Below, one piece after another: positions 9,163 through 18,054 of a stretch of 64,000 bases of DNA. Within the stretch, counting starts at the first letter, position 1. Each line of letters begins with the position of its first letter. Below the pieces are notes generated by a model, which saw nothing but the letters and a program-made list of their open reading frames with translations, did not search any database and was not told the DNA's origin. The DNA lies in IMG/VR virus record IMGVR_UViG_3300035670_000069, positions 1-64,000 of that record. One strand, given 5' to 3'. Position numbers and translations under genes: made by a program. Source of the DNA: a virus.

Positions 9163-10866
9163 ATGGCAACAGTAACAAAAGACTTTAAGGTAAAGAATGG
9201 TCTTATTGTTGAAGGCACAACAGGTACCATCGACGGACAAGACATTCTTACTAAGAAGCAAGATGACCAAAACTATATTATTGGTCTTATTGGCGGTTCT
9301 TCAGATTCCGCTAACACACCAAACACAGTCGTAAAGCGTGATGCTAATGGCGACTTTGCTGCGGGAGTAATAACAGCAGACCTAACTGGTGATGTAACTG
9401 GTAATGCAGATACAGCAACAGCACTTGAGACTGCTCGTACAATTTCTTTGGCTGGAGATGTAACAGGTTCTGTATCTTTTGATGGTACAGCAAATATAAG
9501 CATTACAGCAACAATCGATGGCTCTTTTGCAACAGATGCAGAAGTTGCTACAGCAAAGTCTGAAGCAATTGCAGATGCAGAAGATTATACAGATGGCCGT
9601 GAGACTGCTATCACAACTGCTTATCAGGCTTATGCTGATCAAGCAGAGACAGATGCAGTTGCATCTGCTGGTTCTTACACAGATGCTCGTGAAATTGCAA
9701 TTACCTCAGCATATGAGGCTTATGCAGATCAGGCTGAAGTAGATGCTAAGGCATATACAGATACTCGTGAAACCGCAATTACTTCTGCTTACCAAGCATA
9801 TGCTGACCAAGCAGAAACAGATGCTATTGCTTCTGCTAATTCTTACACAGATACAGCAGTTGCAAACCTTGTAGATTCTGCTCCAGCAACTCTTGATACC
9901 CTCAACGAGTTGGCAGCAGCACTTCAGGACAATCCAGACATTATTGGTGACCTTCAGACAATTGCTGCAGGAAAGCAAGATACATTAACTGCTGGTGCAA
10001 ACATTGACATTACAGGTGCAACAATATCTGTAACAGGTTTGACATCTGCAGAAATCTCTGACTTTGATGCACAGGCAGTAACAGCAAACACAGGTCTATG
10101 GGATGCTTCAGGTTCAGCATCAGCAGCACAGGCTGCAGCAGAATCTTATGCAGATGGCCTTGCTGTTAATTATGATGCAGCAGGTTCTGCTTCAGCAGCC
10201 CAAGCAGCAGCAATCGCAGCAGCAGAATCATATGCTGATGGTCTTGATGGAGCAACAAATACTCGTATTGATAACCTAACAACAACAGATGTTGCTGAGG
10301 GTACAAACCAGTATTACACAACTGCTCGTGCTCAAGGTGATGCAGCATCACTACTTACAGGTGCTACATTAACAAACATTCAGATCACTGGTGACGGAAA
10401 TGGTCTTACAATTACCGCAGAAAATGGTGTTGCAGACTCTGATACAGATGATCTTGTTGAAGGCTCAACAAACCTTTACTTCACAGATGCTCGTGCAGTA
10501 TCTGCTCTTGAAGCAGTAGTTCCAAACTTTGAAGCAGTAGAAATTGACTCACTTGCAAAGCAGGTAGCAGCAACAGTTTCTGTCCCAACTGCCTCAACAG
10601 TTACAGGATTCTCATGGGCAGCAGCAGACTACAGAACTGCAAAGTTCTTGGTTAAGACTGCTTATGGAACACACACAGATGTAGCAGAAGTTCTTTTGAC
10701 TCTTGATACATCAGATAATATTGCTATCACAGAATACGCAATGGTAGGCACAAATGGGTCTGCTATGACAATTTCTGCAGATGTTTCTGCTGGAGATGTC
10801 CGTCTTCGTGTAGCAACCGTCAACAATAACTCAACAGTTACTGTTGTAGGTACACTTTTAGCATAA
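9163..10866 (+). CDS. Long tail fibre protein
   Basis: DFKVKNGL N-terminus, GNADTATALETARTISLAGDVTGSVSFDG, three YTD.RE.AIT.AY.AYADQAE repeats, LVDSAPATLDTLNELAAAL, EGSTNLYFT. Confidence 0.8.
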   Translation: MATVTKDFKVKNGLIVEGTTGTIDGQDILTKKQDDQNYIIGLIGGSSDSANTPNTVVKRDANGDFAAGVITADLTGDVTGNADTATALETARTISLAGDVTGSVSFDGTANISITATIDGSFATDAEVATAKSEAIADAEDYTDGRETAITTAYQAYADQAETDAVASAGSYTDAREIAITSAYEAYADQAEVDAKAYTDTRETAITSAYQAYADQAETDAIASANSYTDTAVANLVDSAPATLDTLNELAAALQDNPDIIGDLQTIAAGKQDTLTAGANIDITGATISVTGLTSAEISDFDAQAVTANTGLWDASGSASAAQAAAESYADGLAVNYDAAGSASAAQAAAIAAAESYADGLDGATNTRIDNLTTTDVAEGTNQYYTTARAQGDAASLLTGATLTNIQITGDGNGLTITAENGVADSDTDDLVEGSTNLYFTDARAVSALEAVVPNFEAVEIDSLAKQVAATVSVPTASTVTGFSWAAADYRTAKFLVKTAYGTHTDVAEVLLTLDTSDNIAITEYAMVGTNGSAMTISADVSAGDVRLRVATVNNNSTVTVVGTLLA

Positions 10867-10896
10867 CAAAATAAATAAAAGAGGGAGTGGTAGATC

Positions 10897-11352
10897 TTGG
10901 CAACAGTAGATAAAGATTTCAAGGTCAAAAATGGGCTAGTCGTCACTAATGGCGGTAGTTTCGGAGGATCTGTAGTTGTAGGAGAACCTACACTTGACAC
11001 GCATGCTGCTACTAAGGCCTATGTGGATTCACTAGCAAGCGGTATGGTTGTTGGATCTACCGCTCCCGAATCACCAGAAAATGGAGATTTATGGTTTGAT
11101 ACATTGACAGAAAGAGTTAATGTATATTATGGTGGCTCATGGCTTACCATAGCGTCAATTGATGACACCCTAACATTACGGGATCACATTCATGATACTT
11201 CAATTGATGGAAATGGACTAATAGTTTCTACCTTCATAAGTGGAGGTAGTTTTAATGACCCACAAGGAACGCCAGTAGATGGCGGTACTGCAACAACCTC
11301 ATCATGGGAAAATACTTATGATGGCGGGGTAGCAACAGATAACTTCAACTAA
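10897..11352 (+). CDS. Short fibre protein
   Basis: Same MATV.KDFKVKNGL start as the upstream gene; HAATKAYVD; P.NGDLWFD. Confidence 0.7.
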   Translation: MATVDKDFKVKNGLVVTNGGSFGGSVVVGEPTLDTHAATKAYVDSLASGMVVGSTAPESPENGDLWFDTLTERVNVYYGGSWLTIASIDDTLTLRDHIHDTSIDGNGLIVSTFISGGSFNDPQGTPVDGGTATTSSWENTYDGGVATDNFN

Positions 11353-11413
11353 AAATTGATGTTATAATTAGATCGAAAAACTGGTAGAAATACCATAAGG
11401 AGAGAATAAAAAT

Positions 11414-13015
11414 ATGGCAACAAGAATGCAACAGCGCAGAGGGACTGCAGCACAATGGACAGATGCAGATCCAATTTTAGCAGCAGGAGAAATCGGATTT
11501 GAGACCGACACTGGTAAATTTAAGATTGGTAATGGTACCTCTGAATGGTCTGCTCTCTCCTACTTTACAGACTCACAAGATTTTGATACAACAGATTTTG
11601 TTTTAAATGCACAAAAAGGAATTGCTAATGGTGTGGCAACACTAAATGGTAACGGGCATGTTCCCATTAGCCAATTAGGCGCACTTATTGATAATGCACC
11701 AGAAGCATTAAACACATTAAATGAATTGGCGACAGCAATAACTGATTTAGAAACAAGTCTTACAGCACAAATAACATCACAAATAGACACTAATATTACG
11801 GCTCATAGACAAGATACTACAGATGTTCATGGAATTGCAGATACATCAGAACTTGCCACACAAGGATATGTTGATACTACATCAAGTAATGCGGTAAGCA
11901 CACATAATGATTTAACAACAAACGTTCATGGTATTGACGATACGACAGATCTTGCAACACAAACCTACGTAGGCACTTCAATATCTACTTCCATAACTAC
12001 ACATAATGAGTTAACTGAAAATGTACATGGTATAGCAAACACAGGCCTATTAGCAACTTCAGATGATGTTTCTACTTCAGTAACTGCACATAATGACACG
12101 ACATCAAATGTACATGGTATAGCAGATACAACACAACTAGAAACAACAAGTGGCGCACAAGACAAAGCAAACGCAGCACAGGCTGCAGCAGAAGCAACAG
12201 CATCGTCAGACGCTACAACTAAAGCAAACGCAGCACAGACTGCAGCAGAAGCAACAGCAAGCACTGCTTTAGATAACCACAATTTAGATACAACAAACGT
12301 ACATGGTATTGCAGATACAGCAGACCTTGTTCTTACAAATGATGCTCGTTTGTCTGACGAAAGAACACCACTTGATTCTTCTGTAACAGATGCAAAGATC
12401 AATGGAACTCTTTCTCAGTCATCAATTACAAATCTTACAACAGATCTTGCTGCAAAGGCTCCTCTTGAGTCCCCAGCATTAACTGGAACACCAACTGCTC
12501 CAACAGCAACTGCTGGAGATAATAGCACTCAAGTTGCTACAACAGCATATGTTGATTCAGCAGTTACAGCACTTGTTGATTCAGCACCAGGAGCACTAGA
12601 CACTCTTAATGAGTTGGCTGCTGCGCTTGGAGATGACGCAAACTTCTCAACAACTGTTACAAACAGCCTTGCTTTGAAGTTAGAACAGTCAGATCTTGAT
12701 AGTGCAACATATTACACATTTAATGCTCAAACAGCAAGTTATACTCTTGCATTAACAGATTCAACAAATATGGTTACAGTAAATTCTGGTTCAGGAACAA
12801 CAGTAACAGTTCCACCAAATTCTTCAGTAGCCTTCCCAATCGGAACATATATTGATATTTTCCAATTAGGTGCGGGACAAGTAACAATCGCAGAAGGTTC
12901 TGGAGTTACAATTTATGCAACACCAGGAAAGAAACTTCGTACACAATACTCAGGTGGATCTCTTGTTAAAAGAGATACAGATACCTGGTATTTGACAGGC
13001 GATATCGTAGCATAA
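11414..13015 (+). CDS. Tail fibre with Mtd-N/hyaluronidase-like shoulder domain
   Basis: RMQQRRGTAAQW...LAAGEIGFETDTGKFKIGNG; five H-x7-HGI repeats; SPALTGTPTAPT; C-terminal TDTW.L.GD adaptor domain. Confidence 0.85.
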   Translation: MATRMQQRRGTAAQWTDADPILAAGEIGFETDTGKFKIGNGTSEWSALSYFTDSQDFDTTDFVLNAQKGIANGVATLNGNGHVPISQLGALIDNAPEALNTLNELATAITDLETSLTAQITSQIDTNITAHRQDTTDVHGIADTSELATQGYVDTTSSNAVSTHNDLTTNVHGIDDTTDLATQTYVGTSISTSITTHNELTENVHGIANTGLLATSDDVSTSVTAHNDTTSNVHGIADTTQLETTSGAQDKANAAQAAAEATASSDATTKANAAQTAAEATASTALDNHNLDTTNVHGIADTADLVLTNDARLSDERTPLDSSVTDAKINGTLSQSSITNLTTDLAAKAPLESPALTGTPTAPTATAGDNSTQVATTAYVDSAVTALVDSAPGALDTLNELAAALGDDANFSTTVTNSLALKLEQSDLDSATYYTFNAQTASYTLALTDSTNMVTVNSGSGTTVTVPPNSSVAFPIGTYIDIFQLGAGQVTIAEGSGVTIYATPGKKLRTQYSGGSLVKRDTDTWYLTGDIVA

Positions 13016-13044
13016 TTAAATTAAGTTAAAAGGAGAAGATAGAT

Positions 13045-14433
13045 ATGCCAATAAGAGGTAAAGGTGGTAAGGGTAGAGGTGGACGTTCTAAAACACGTCG
13101 TGAAGGAACAGTTCCAGGAGTACCAACTGGCGTAACTGCCACAGATGTTGGAACAAACCGTCCATATAATAACGGTGCAGTAACTGTAACATTTACAGCA
13201 GCATCAGACGGATCAACTCCAGCAACATCTTATACAGCATCAGGATTCTGTAGCGTACATAATACAACACATACAGTAACTGGGGCATCTTCTCCATTAA
13301 CTATAACTGGCTTTGGCTCTGGTGTATCAACAACGATTACCGTAAAGGCAAACAACCAATACGGCTCATCTGCTGATTCTTCACCATCTTCATCTGTTAC
13401 CGTAACAACTGTACCAGCCACACCTTCTGCACCTTCCGCATCTTCTCCTTCAGCAGGAACAGATAGCGTATCATGGTCAGCGCCAGCAAACGGTGGTAAG
13501 GCTATTACAAATTATTACTGGACATCATCAGATAGTAAGAGTGGAAATACAACATCTACATCTGTAAGCGTTGCTCAAGAACAGGGAACTGCTCAAACAT
13601 ATAATGTTCGTGCAGATAATGCTAACGGTTCTTCTGGAACGTCAGCAAACTCGGGATCTGTTACTACAACATTTTCTTTTACTCCGTTTAGCGTGTTCTC
13701 GTTCTCACCATTCGGCGTGTTCTCGTTCTCACCATTCGGTGTGTTCTCGTTCTCACCATTTGGTTTCTCACCATTCGGCGTGTTCTCGTTCTCACCATTC
13801 GGTGTGTTCTCGTTCTCACCATTTGGTTTCTCACCATTCAGTTTCTCACCATTTGGTTTCTCACCATTTGGTTTCTCACCATTCAGTTTCTCACCATTTG
13901 GTTTTTCACCATTTGGTTTCTCACCATTCGCTCCACTCTTTGGACCAAGAATTTATTCATTGTCTCCACATACAAAAGTAAGAATGGCTGATGGAACCTT
14001 AAAAGAGGCACAAGATATTGTTTTAGGAGATGAACTAATGTCTGTGATTCTTCCAGGACTTGGTGATGTATTTACAACAGAAAGTCTTGCTGCATGGTCT
14101 ACATCCGAAGATATTTCAGATTTAAATACTGTTTCAACAACTGTAAATAGAATCAAAACTCATACATCTGAGACTCTTCATATAATTAATGGAGATTCTT
14201 TCTCTCCTAGCCACCTTGTTTTAGTAAAAACAGATAATGATGTTTCTATGAAAAAAGTTTCTGACATTGTAGAAACAGATTTCGTTTGGTCTCAAGGGCA
14301 GTGGAATGAAATTACTACATTAGAAGTAATAGAATATCAAAATAATGTTATTAATATTAACTGCGAACCATATGATATTTTCTTTACAGAAAATGCCCTA
14401 ACCCACGATGGCGCCGAATACTATAACAATTAA
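13045..14433 (+). CDS. FN3-domain protein with FSPF repeat tract and C-terminal Hint (intein-like) domain
   Basis: Two FN3-like units (VPGVPTGVTAT...; VSWSAPANGGKAITNY...YNVRADNANG), 13 FSPF copies, then SLSPHTKVRMADG...SPSH...NCEPYDIFFTENALTHD. Confidence 0.8.
   Translation: MPIRGKGGKGRGGRSKTRREGTVPGVPTGVTATDVGTNRPYNNGAVTVTFTAASDGSTPATSYTASGFCSVHNTTHTVTGASSPLTITGFGSGVSTTITVKANNQYGSSADSSPSSSVTVTTVPATPSAPSASSPSAGTDSVSWSAPANGGKAITNYYWTSSDSKSGNTTSTSVSVAQEQGTAQTYNVRADNANGSSGTSANSGSVTTTFSFTPFSVFSFSPFGVFSFSPFGVFSFSPFGFSPFGVFSFSPFGVFSFSPFGFSPFSFSPFGFSPFGFSPFSFSPFGFSPFGFSPFAPLFGPRIYSLSPHTKVRMADGTLKEAQDIVLGDELMSVILPGLGDVFTTESLAAWSTSEDISDLNTVSTTVNRIKTHTSETLHIINGDSFSPSHLVLVKTDNDVSMKKVSDIVETDFVWSQGQWNEITTLEVIEYQNNVININCEPYDIFFTENALTHDGAEYYNN
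13672..13929 (+). repeat. 15/24-bp coding tandem repeat (FSPFG / VFSFSPFG)
   Basis: The ttctcaccatt core recurs; one FTPF plus 13 FSPF in 86 aa. Confidence 0.95.
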
Positions 14434-14446
14434 TAAATAGGAAAAT

Positions 14447-14478
14447 AGCCCCCTATAGCAGGGGGCTTTTTCTTTTTT
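14447..14478 (+). terminator. Intrinsic terminator
   Basis: AGCCCCCT-atagc-AGGGGGCT stem followed by a T-rich run. Confidence 0.85.
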
Positions 14479-14507
14479 GTGGTATACTTAATAAAGATAG
14501 GAGAATT

Positions 14508-15164
14508 ATGGATTATAACAATATACCCAAAAGCGTTAGTAAATCTACCAAACCTCATAAATTTTTTGAAAGAACTTTGAACAATAATTTAAATATTTTG
14601 TCATCTGAACTACATGATAGATATGAAAAAATAGAACAGGCAAAATTAATTGGAGTTACTCCTGTGGGCGAAGATGAACTATGGAAGTCTTCAAATAGCG
14701 TTTCTACTATGAAATGGAGACAGTATAATGTTTTTCAATTTCATTCAGTTGGAATATATGATTTATTCAAATCTGTACGAGAAATGACTGTTGAAGCCTG
14801 TGATTATTATAATTTAGATTTTGAAAAACAAAAATATATGATACAAGGATGGTTTAATATTAATTATTCAAAAAGGGGAAAGTTAGATTGGCATGATCAT
14901 GGCCCCCACGGCGCTCCTAATTTTCATGGGTATTATTGTGTAAAAGCAGAACCATCTATAACTTATTATAAAGTATTTGATAAAGATATAGAAAATCATA
15001 ATATAAATAATCGTGCAATTCTTTCAGAAATGGGACATCCCCATGCACAGGCTGACTGGGATTGGGATGGTCCAAGAATTACTATTGCATACGACATTAT
15101 CCCATTGAGAGATTTGTTAATGCATGCCAAAGATCAAGAACAGCATTGGATACCACTGGCATGA
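14508..15164 (+). CDS. Putative 2OG-Fe(II) oxygenase (HxH type, TIGR02466-like)
   Basis: GWFNIN...WHDHG...FHGYYCV...GHPH...RITIAYDI. Confidence 0.7.
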   Translation: MDYNNIPKSVSKSTKPHKFFERTLNNNLNILSSELHDRYEKIEQAKLIGVTPVGEDELWKSSNSVSTMKWRQYNVFQFHSVGIYDLFKSVREMTVEACDYYNLDFEKQKYMIQGWFNINYSKRGKLDWHDHGPHGAPNFHGYYCVKAEPSITYYKVFDKDIENHNINNRAILSEMGHPHAQADWDWDGPRITIAYDIIPLRDLLMHAKDQEQHWIPLA

Positions 15165-15805
15165 TAGCAATGAAACCACCTCATAAATTTTTTGAAAGAT
15201 ATTTAGACAATAATTTAGATGAACTTTATAATTATTTAGAAGATCAACTAGATTTATTGATTTCTGGAAAATTGGTAGAAATTGATTCTGAAATTTTGTC
15301 AAAATTTAATAAATACAATGGTGCACCAACTCAACTAGGCATGCACTATAATATTTTTAATTTTGAAAATAAATTTATAAAAAATTTACAAAATGCATTA
15401 AGAGATGCGGTAAAAGAAGCATGCGAGTATTATGGTCACGATTATGAATCAATGAAATATATGATACATGGTTGGTATAACTATGATCCAAAAACTATGG
15501 ATGGTTCTTCTGGAGTCAACCCACTAAAAAATGATAAATTTTATCACGATCATATGGGCGGAGAAGGCGCCCCAGTTTATCATGGTTATTATTGTGTAAA
15601 TGCAGAGCCATCAATAACATACTATAAAATAAATAACGAAATTGATTTTGAAAATCATAATAAAAATAATCGAGCAATAGTTTCTGAAACTGGACATCCC
15701 CACGGAAGAGATGATTGGTATCAAGATAAGCCAAGAATTACTATTGCCTACGATATTATTCCAACATCTCACTATACGTTTGATAGTTTATGGATTGATT
15801 TATGA
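15161..15805 (+). CDS. Putative 2OG-Fe(II) oxygenase; paralog of 14508..15164
   Basis: PHKFFER.L.NNL, YHDH, YHGYYCVNAEPSITYYK, GHPH, RITIAYDII. Start placed at the ATGA overlap (15161). Confidence 0.7.
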   Translation: MIAMKPPHKFFERYLDNNLDELYNYLEDQLDLLISGKLVEIDSEILSKFNKYNGAPTQLGMHYNIFNFENKFIKNLQNALRDAVKEACEYYGHDYESMKYMIHGWYNYDPKTMDGSSGVNPLKNDKFYHDHMGGEGAPVYHGYYCVNAEPSITYYKINNEIDFENHNKNNRAIVSETGHPHGRDDWYQDKPRITIAYDIIPTSHYTFDSLWIDL

Positions 15806-15933
15806 AAAAATTTTTGTGCTTTGTTTTGGGGCATAAAAAAGAAACAAAAGAATGTCCAATTACAGGTGCTAAACAAATTATATGTTTGAGATGTTTTCCC
15901 CAAAAGCATTCATCTAGAATGAGTTTTAATTAA
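15802..15933 (+). CDS. Small Cys/His protein (DUF1660-like, putative Zn-binding), 43 aa
   Basis: Read by hand: MKKFLCFVLGHKKETKECPITGAKQIICLRCFPQKHSSRMSFN; ATGA-coupled. Confidence 0.65.
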   Translation: MKKFLCFVLGHKKETKECPITGAKQIICLRCFPQKHSSRMSFN

Positions 15934-15956
15934 GTATAAACTTAAAGAATAACATT

Positions 15957-15989
15957 AGAGTTTTGCAAAACTAAAAACTCTGGTATACT
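15957..15989 (+). promoter_or_regulatory. nrdJ promoter with palindromic operator candidate
   Basis: Perfect palindrome AGTTTTGCAAAACT (15959-72) upstream of TGGTATACT (15981-89). Confidence 0.55.
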
Positions 15990-16021
15990 TAAACAATAAC
16001 AGTTTTTAAAGGAGCAAATCG

Positions 16022-18052
16022 ATGTCAGATTTTTTTAGTTTTCGTTTGTCTGAAGAATTCGTAAATGAGTATAAAACAAAAGAGGCGCCATTCGGTTTTT
16101 CAGACGCAGGTGGCAATTCATTGGGAGAGATTACATTTATTCGTACCTACTCTCGTATGAAAGAAGATGGAACTAAAGAAAGATGGTATGAGGTTTGTCG
16201 TCGTGTAATCGAGGGCATGTATTCAGCACAAAAGAATCATGCAAAAGAAAACAGGCTACCGTGGAATGATTATAAGGCTCAATCATCAGCAAAAGAAGCA
16301 TATGATCGTTTGTTTAATTTAAAATGGACACCACCAGGAAGAGGATTGTGGTCTTTTGGCACTGCTCTGACAATGGAAAAGAAAAATTCTGCAGCACTAC
16401 AAAATTGTGCCATGGTTTCTACAAAAGACATAGACAGAAATGATCCAGGACAACTATTTGGCTGGGTAATGGATGCCCTTATGATGGGCGTGGGCGTAGG
16501 CTTTGATACTTTGGGCGGGGAGAAAAATTTACCTATTTATGACCCTACGGAGCCAGCACAAATATATGAAATACCAGATACCCGTGAAGGTTGGGTTGAA
16601 TCTGTTAGATTATTAATTAATTCATTTTTAAAGCCCAACATGTATATTCAAGAGTTTAATTATGATCTTATTAGGCCCCTAGGCGCCCCTATAAAGGGCT
16701 TTGGAGGCACTGCAAGCGGTCCTGCACCACTTATACAACTACATAAGCAGATTAGGTCTGTAATAGGCGGTAGGGCTGGAGAAACACTAGACTCAAGAGC
16801 AATCGTAGATATCGTAAACCTTATTGGTACCTGCGTAGTGTCAGGAAATGTTAGACGATCTGCTACCCTGGCTTTAGGCGGAGCAGAAGACAAAGATTTT
16901 ATGAATTTAAAAAATGCTGAAGTTTTTCCTGAGCGTAATTCTTTTGATCCAGAAAATCCAGGGTGGGCATGGATGTCTAATAACTCCATTTCTGCGACGG
17001 TAGGTACAAAGTATGAAGACTATGTAGACCTAATAGTAAACAATGGAGAGCCAGGATTCATTTGGCTTGATGTGGCTAGAAACTATGGTCGTTTGGCTGA
17101 TCCAAAGGATGGTAAAGATTATCGTGTCATGGGCTTTAATCCATGTGCAGAGCAACCATTGGAGTCATACGAATTGTGTACTTTGGTTGAAGTGCACTTA
17201 AATCGTCATGAGTCTAAAGAAGACTTTTTACGTACATTAAAGTTTGCATATTTGTATGGCAAGACGGTAACGCTAATTCCTACACACTGGCAACAGACAA
17301 ATGGAATCATGCAGCGTAATCGTCGTATCGGAACATCTCTTACAGGTATTGCTTCATTCTCAGACAAATTTGGCTTGCCTGTTGTGAGAGAATGGATGGA
17401 CGAAGGATACAAGACTATCCGTAAATATGATCATTCATACTCAGAATGGTTATGTGTTCGTGAATCCATTAGAGTCACAACTGTTAAGCCATCAGGGTCT
17501 GTATCAATTCTTTCTGGCGCAACGCCAGGAGTTCACTGGGCACCAGGCGGAGATTATTTCTTAAGAGCAATTAGATTTGGAAATACTGACCCAATGATTC
17601 ATTTATTTAAGGCTGCTGGATATAAGATAGAAGATGATCTTGTATCTGCGAATACAACTGTCGTATATTTCCCAGTGCATTCTGGACATCCAAGATCTGA
17701 AAAAGATGTTACCTTATTTGAAAAGATTGCGCTTGCTGCTACTGCTCAGAAATATTGGTCTGATAATGGCGTTTCTGTAACGCTTTCATTTGACAAAGAA
17801 ACTGAAGCAAAGCATGTTGCGCCTGCGCTCCACATGTACGAAGGACAACTAAAGGCTGTTTCATTTTTACCAATGGGCAATACTGTCTATCCACAGCAGC
17901 CATATACTCAGATTACTGAAGAAGAGTATAATAGTTATATCGGCCAGATTAAAAAGATCGATTGGTCTGCTATTTATGATGGCGCCGAGAATTTGGAGGC
18001 ACAGGGAGAGATGTATTGTACAACTGATTCTTGTGAAATAAAGATAGGATAA
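16022..18052 (+). CDS. nrdJ: Class II (B12-dependent, RTPR-type) ribonucleotide reductase
   Basis: PPGRGLW, LQNCA, GNVRRSA, NPCAEQ.L...LCTL, TTVKPSG, C-terminal CTTDSC. Confidence 0.95.
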   Translation: MSDFFSFRLSEEFVNEYKTKEAPFGFSDAGGNSLGEITFIRTYSRMKEDGTKERWYEVCRRVIEGMYSAQKNHAKENRLPWNDYKAQSSAKEAYDRLFNLKWTPPGRGLWSFGTALTMEKKNSAALQNCAMVSTKDIDRNDPGQLFGWVMDALMMGVGVGFDTLGGEKNLPIYDPTEPAQIYEIPDTREGWVESVRLLINSFLKPNMYIQEFNYDLIRPLGAPIKGFGGTASGPAPLIQLHKQIRSVIGGRAGETLDSRAIVDIVNLIGTCVVSGNVRRSATLALGGAEDKDFMNLKNAEVFPERNSFDPENPGWAWMSNNSISATVGTKYEDYVDLIVNNGEPGFIWLDVARNYGRLADPKDGKDYRVMGFNPCAEQPLESYELCTLVEVHLNRHESKEDFLRTLKFAYLYGKTVTLIPTHWQQTNGIMQRNRRIGTSLTGIASFSDKFGLPVVREWMDEGYKTIRKYDHSYSEWLCVRESIRVTTVKPSGSVSILSGATPGVHWAPGGDYFLRAIRFGNTDPMIHLFKAAGYKIEDDLVSANTTVVYFPVHSGHPRSEKDVTLFEKIALAATAQKYWSDNGVSVTLSFDKETEAKHVAPALHMYEGQLKAVSFLPMGNTVYPQQPYTQITEEEYNSYIGQIKKIDWSAIYDGAENLEAQGEMYCTTDSCEIKIG

Positions 18053-18054
18053 TT

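Noticed and set aside
11382-11395. TGGTA-GAAA-TACCA hairpin just before the RBS of the 11414 fibre gene
   Set aside because: A 5-bp stem is too short to support a regulatory RNA call without conservation data.
13571-13981. Alternative-frame ORF with SHHLV/CSRSHH repeats that looks like a His-rich metal-binding peptide
   Set aside because: By-product of the FSPF repeat lacking stops in that frame; no RBS, and the main frame links the FN3 and Hint domains coherently.
15934-16021. Cobalamin riboswitch or NrdR box before nrdJ
   Set aside because: Too little space, and no recognisable consensus.
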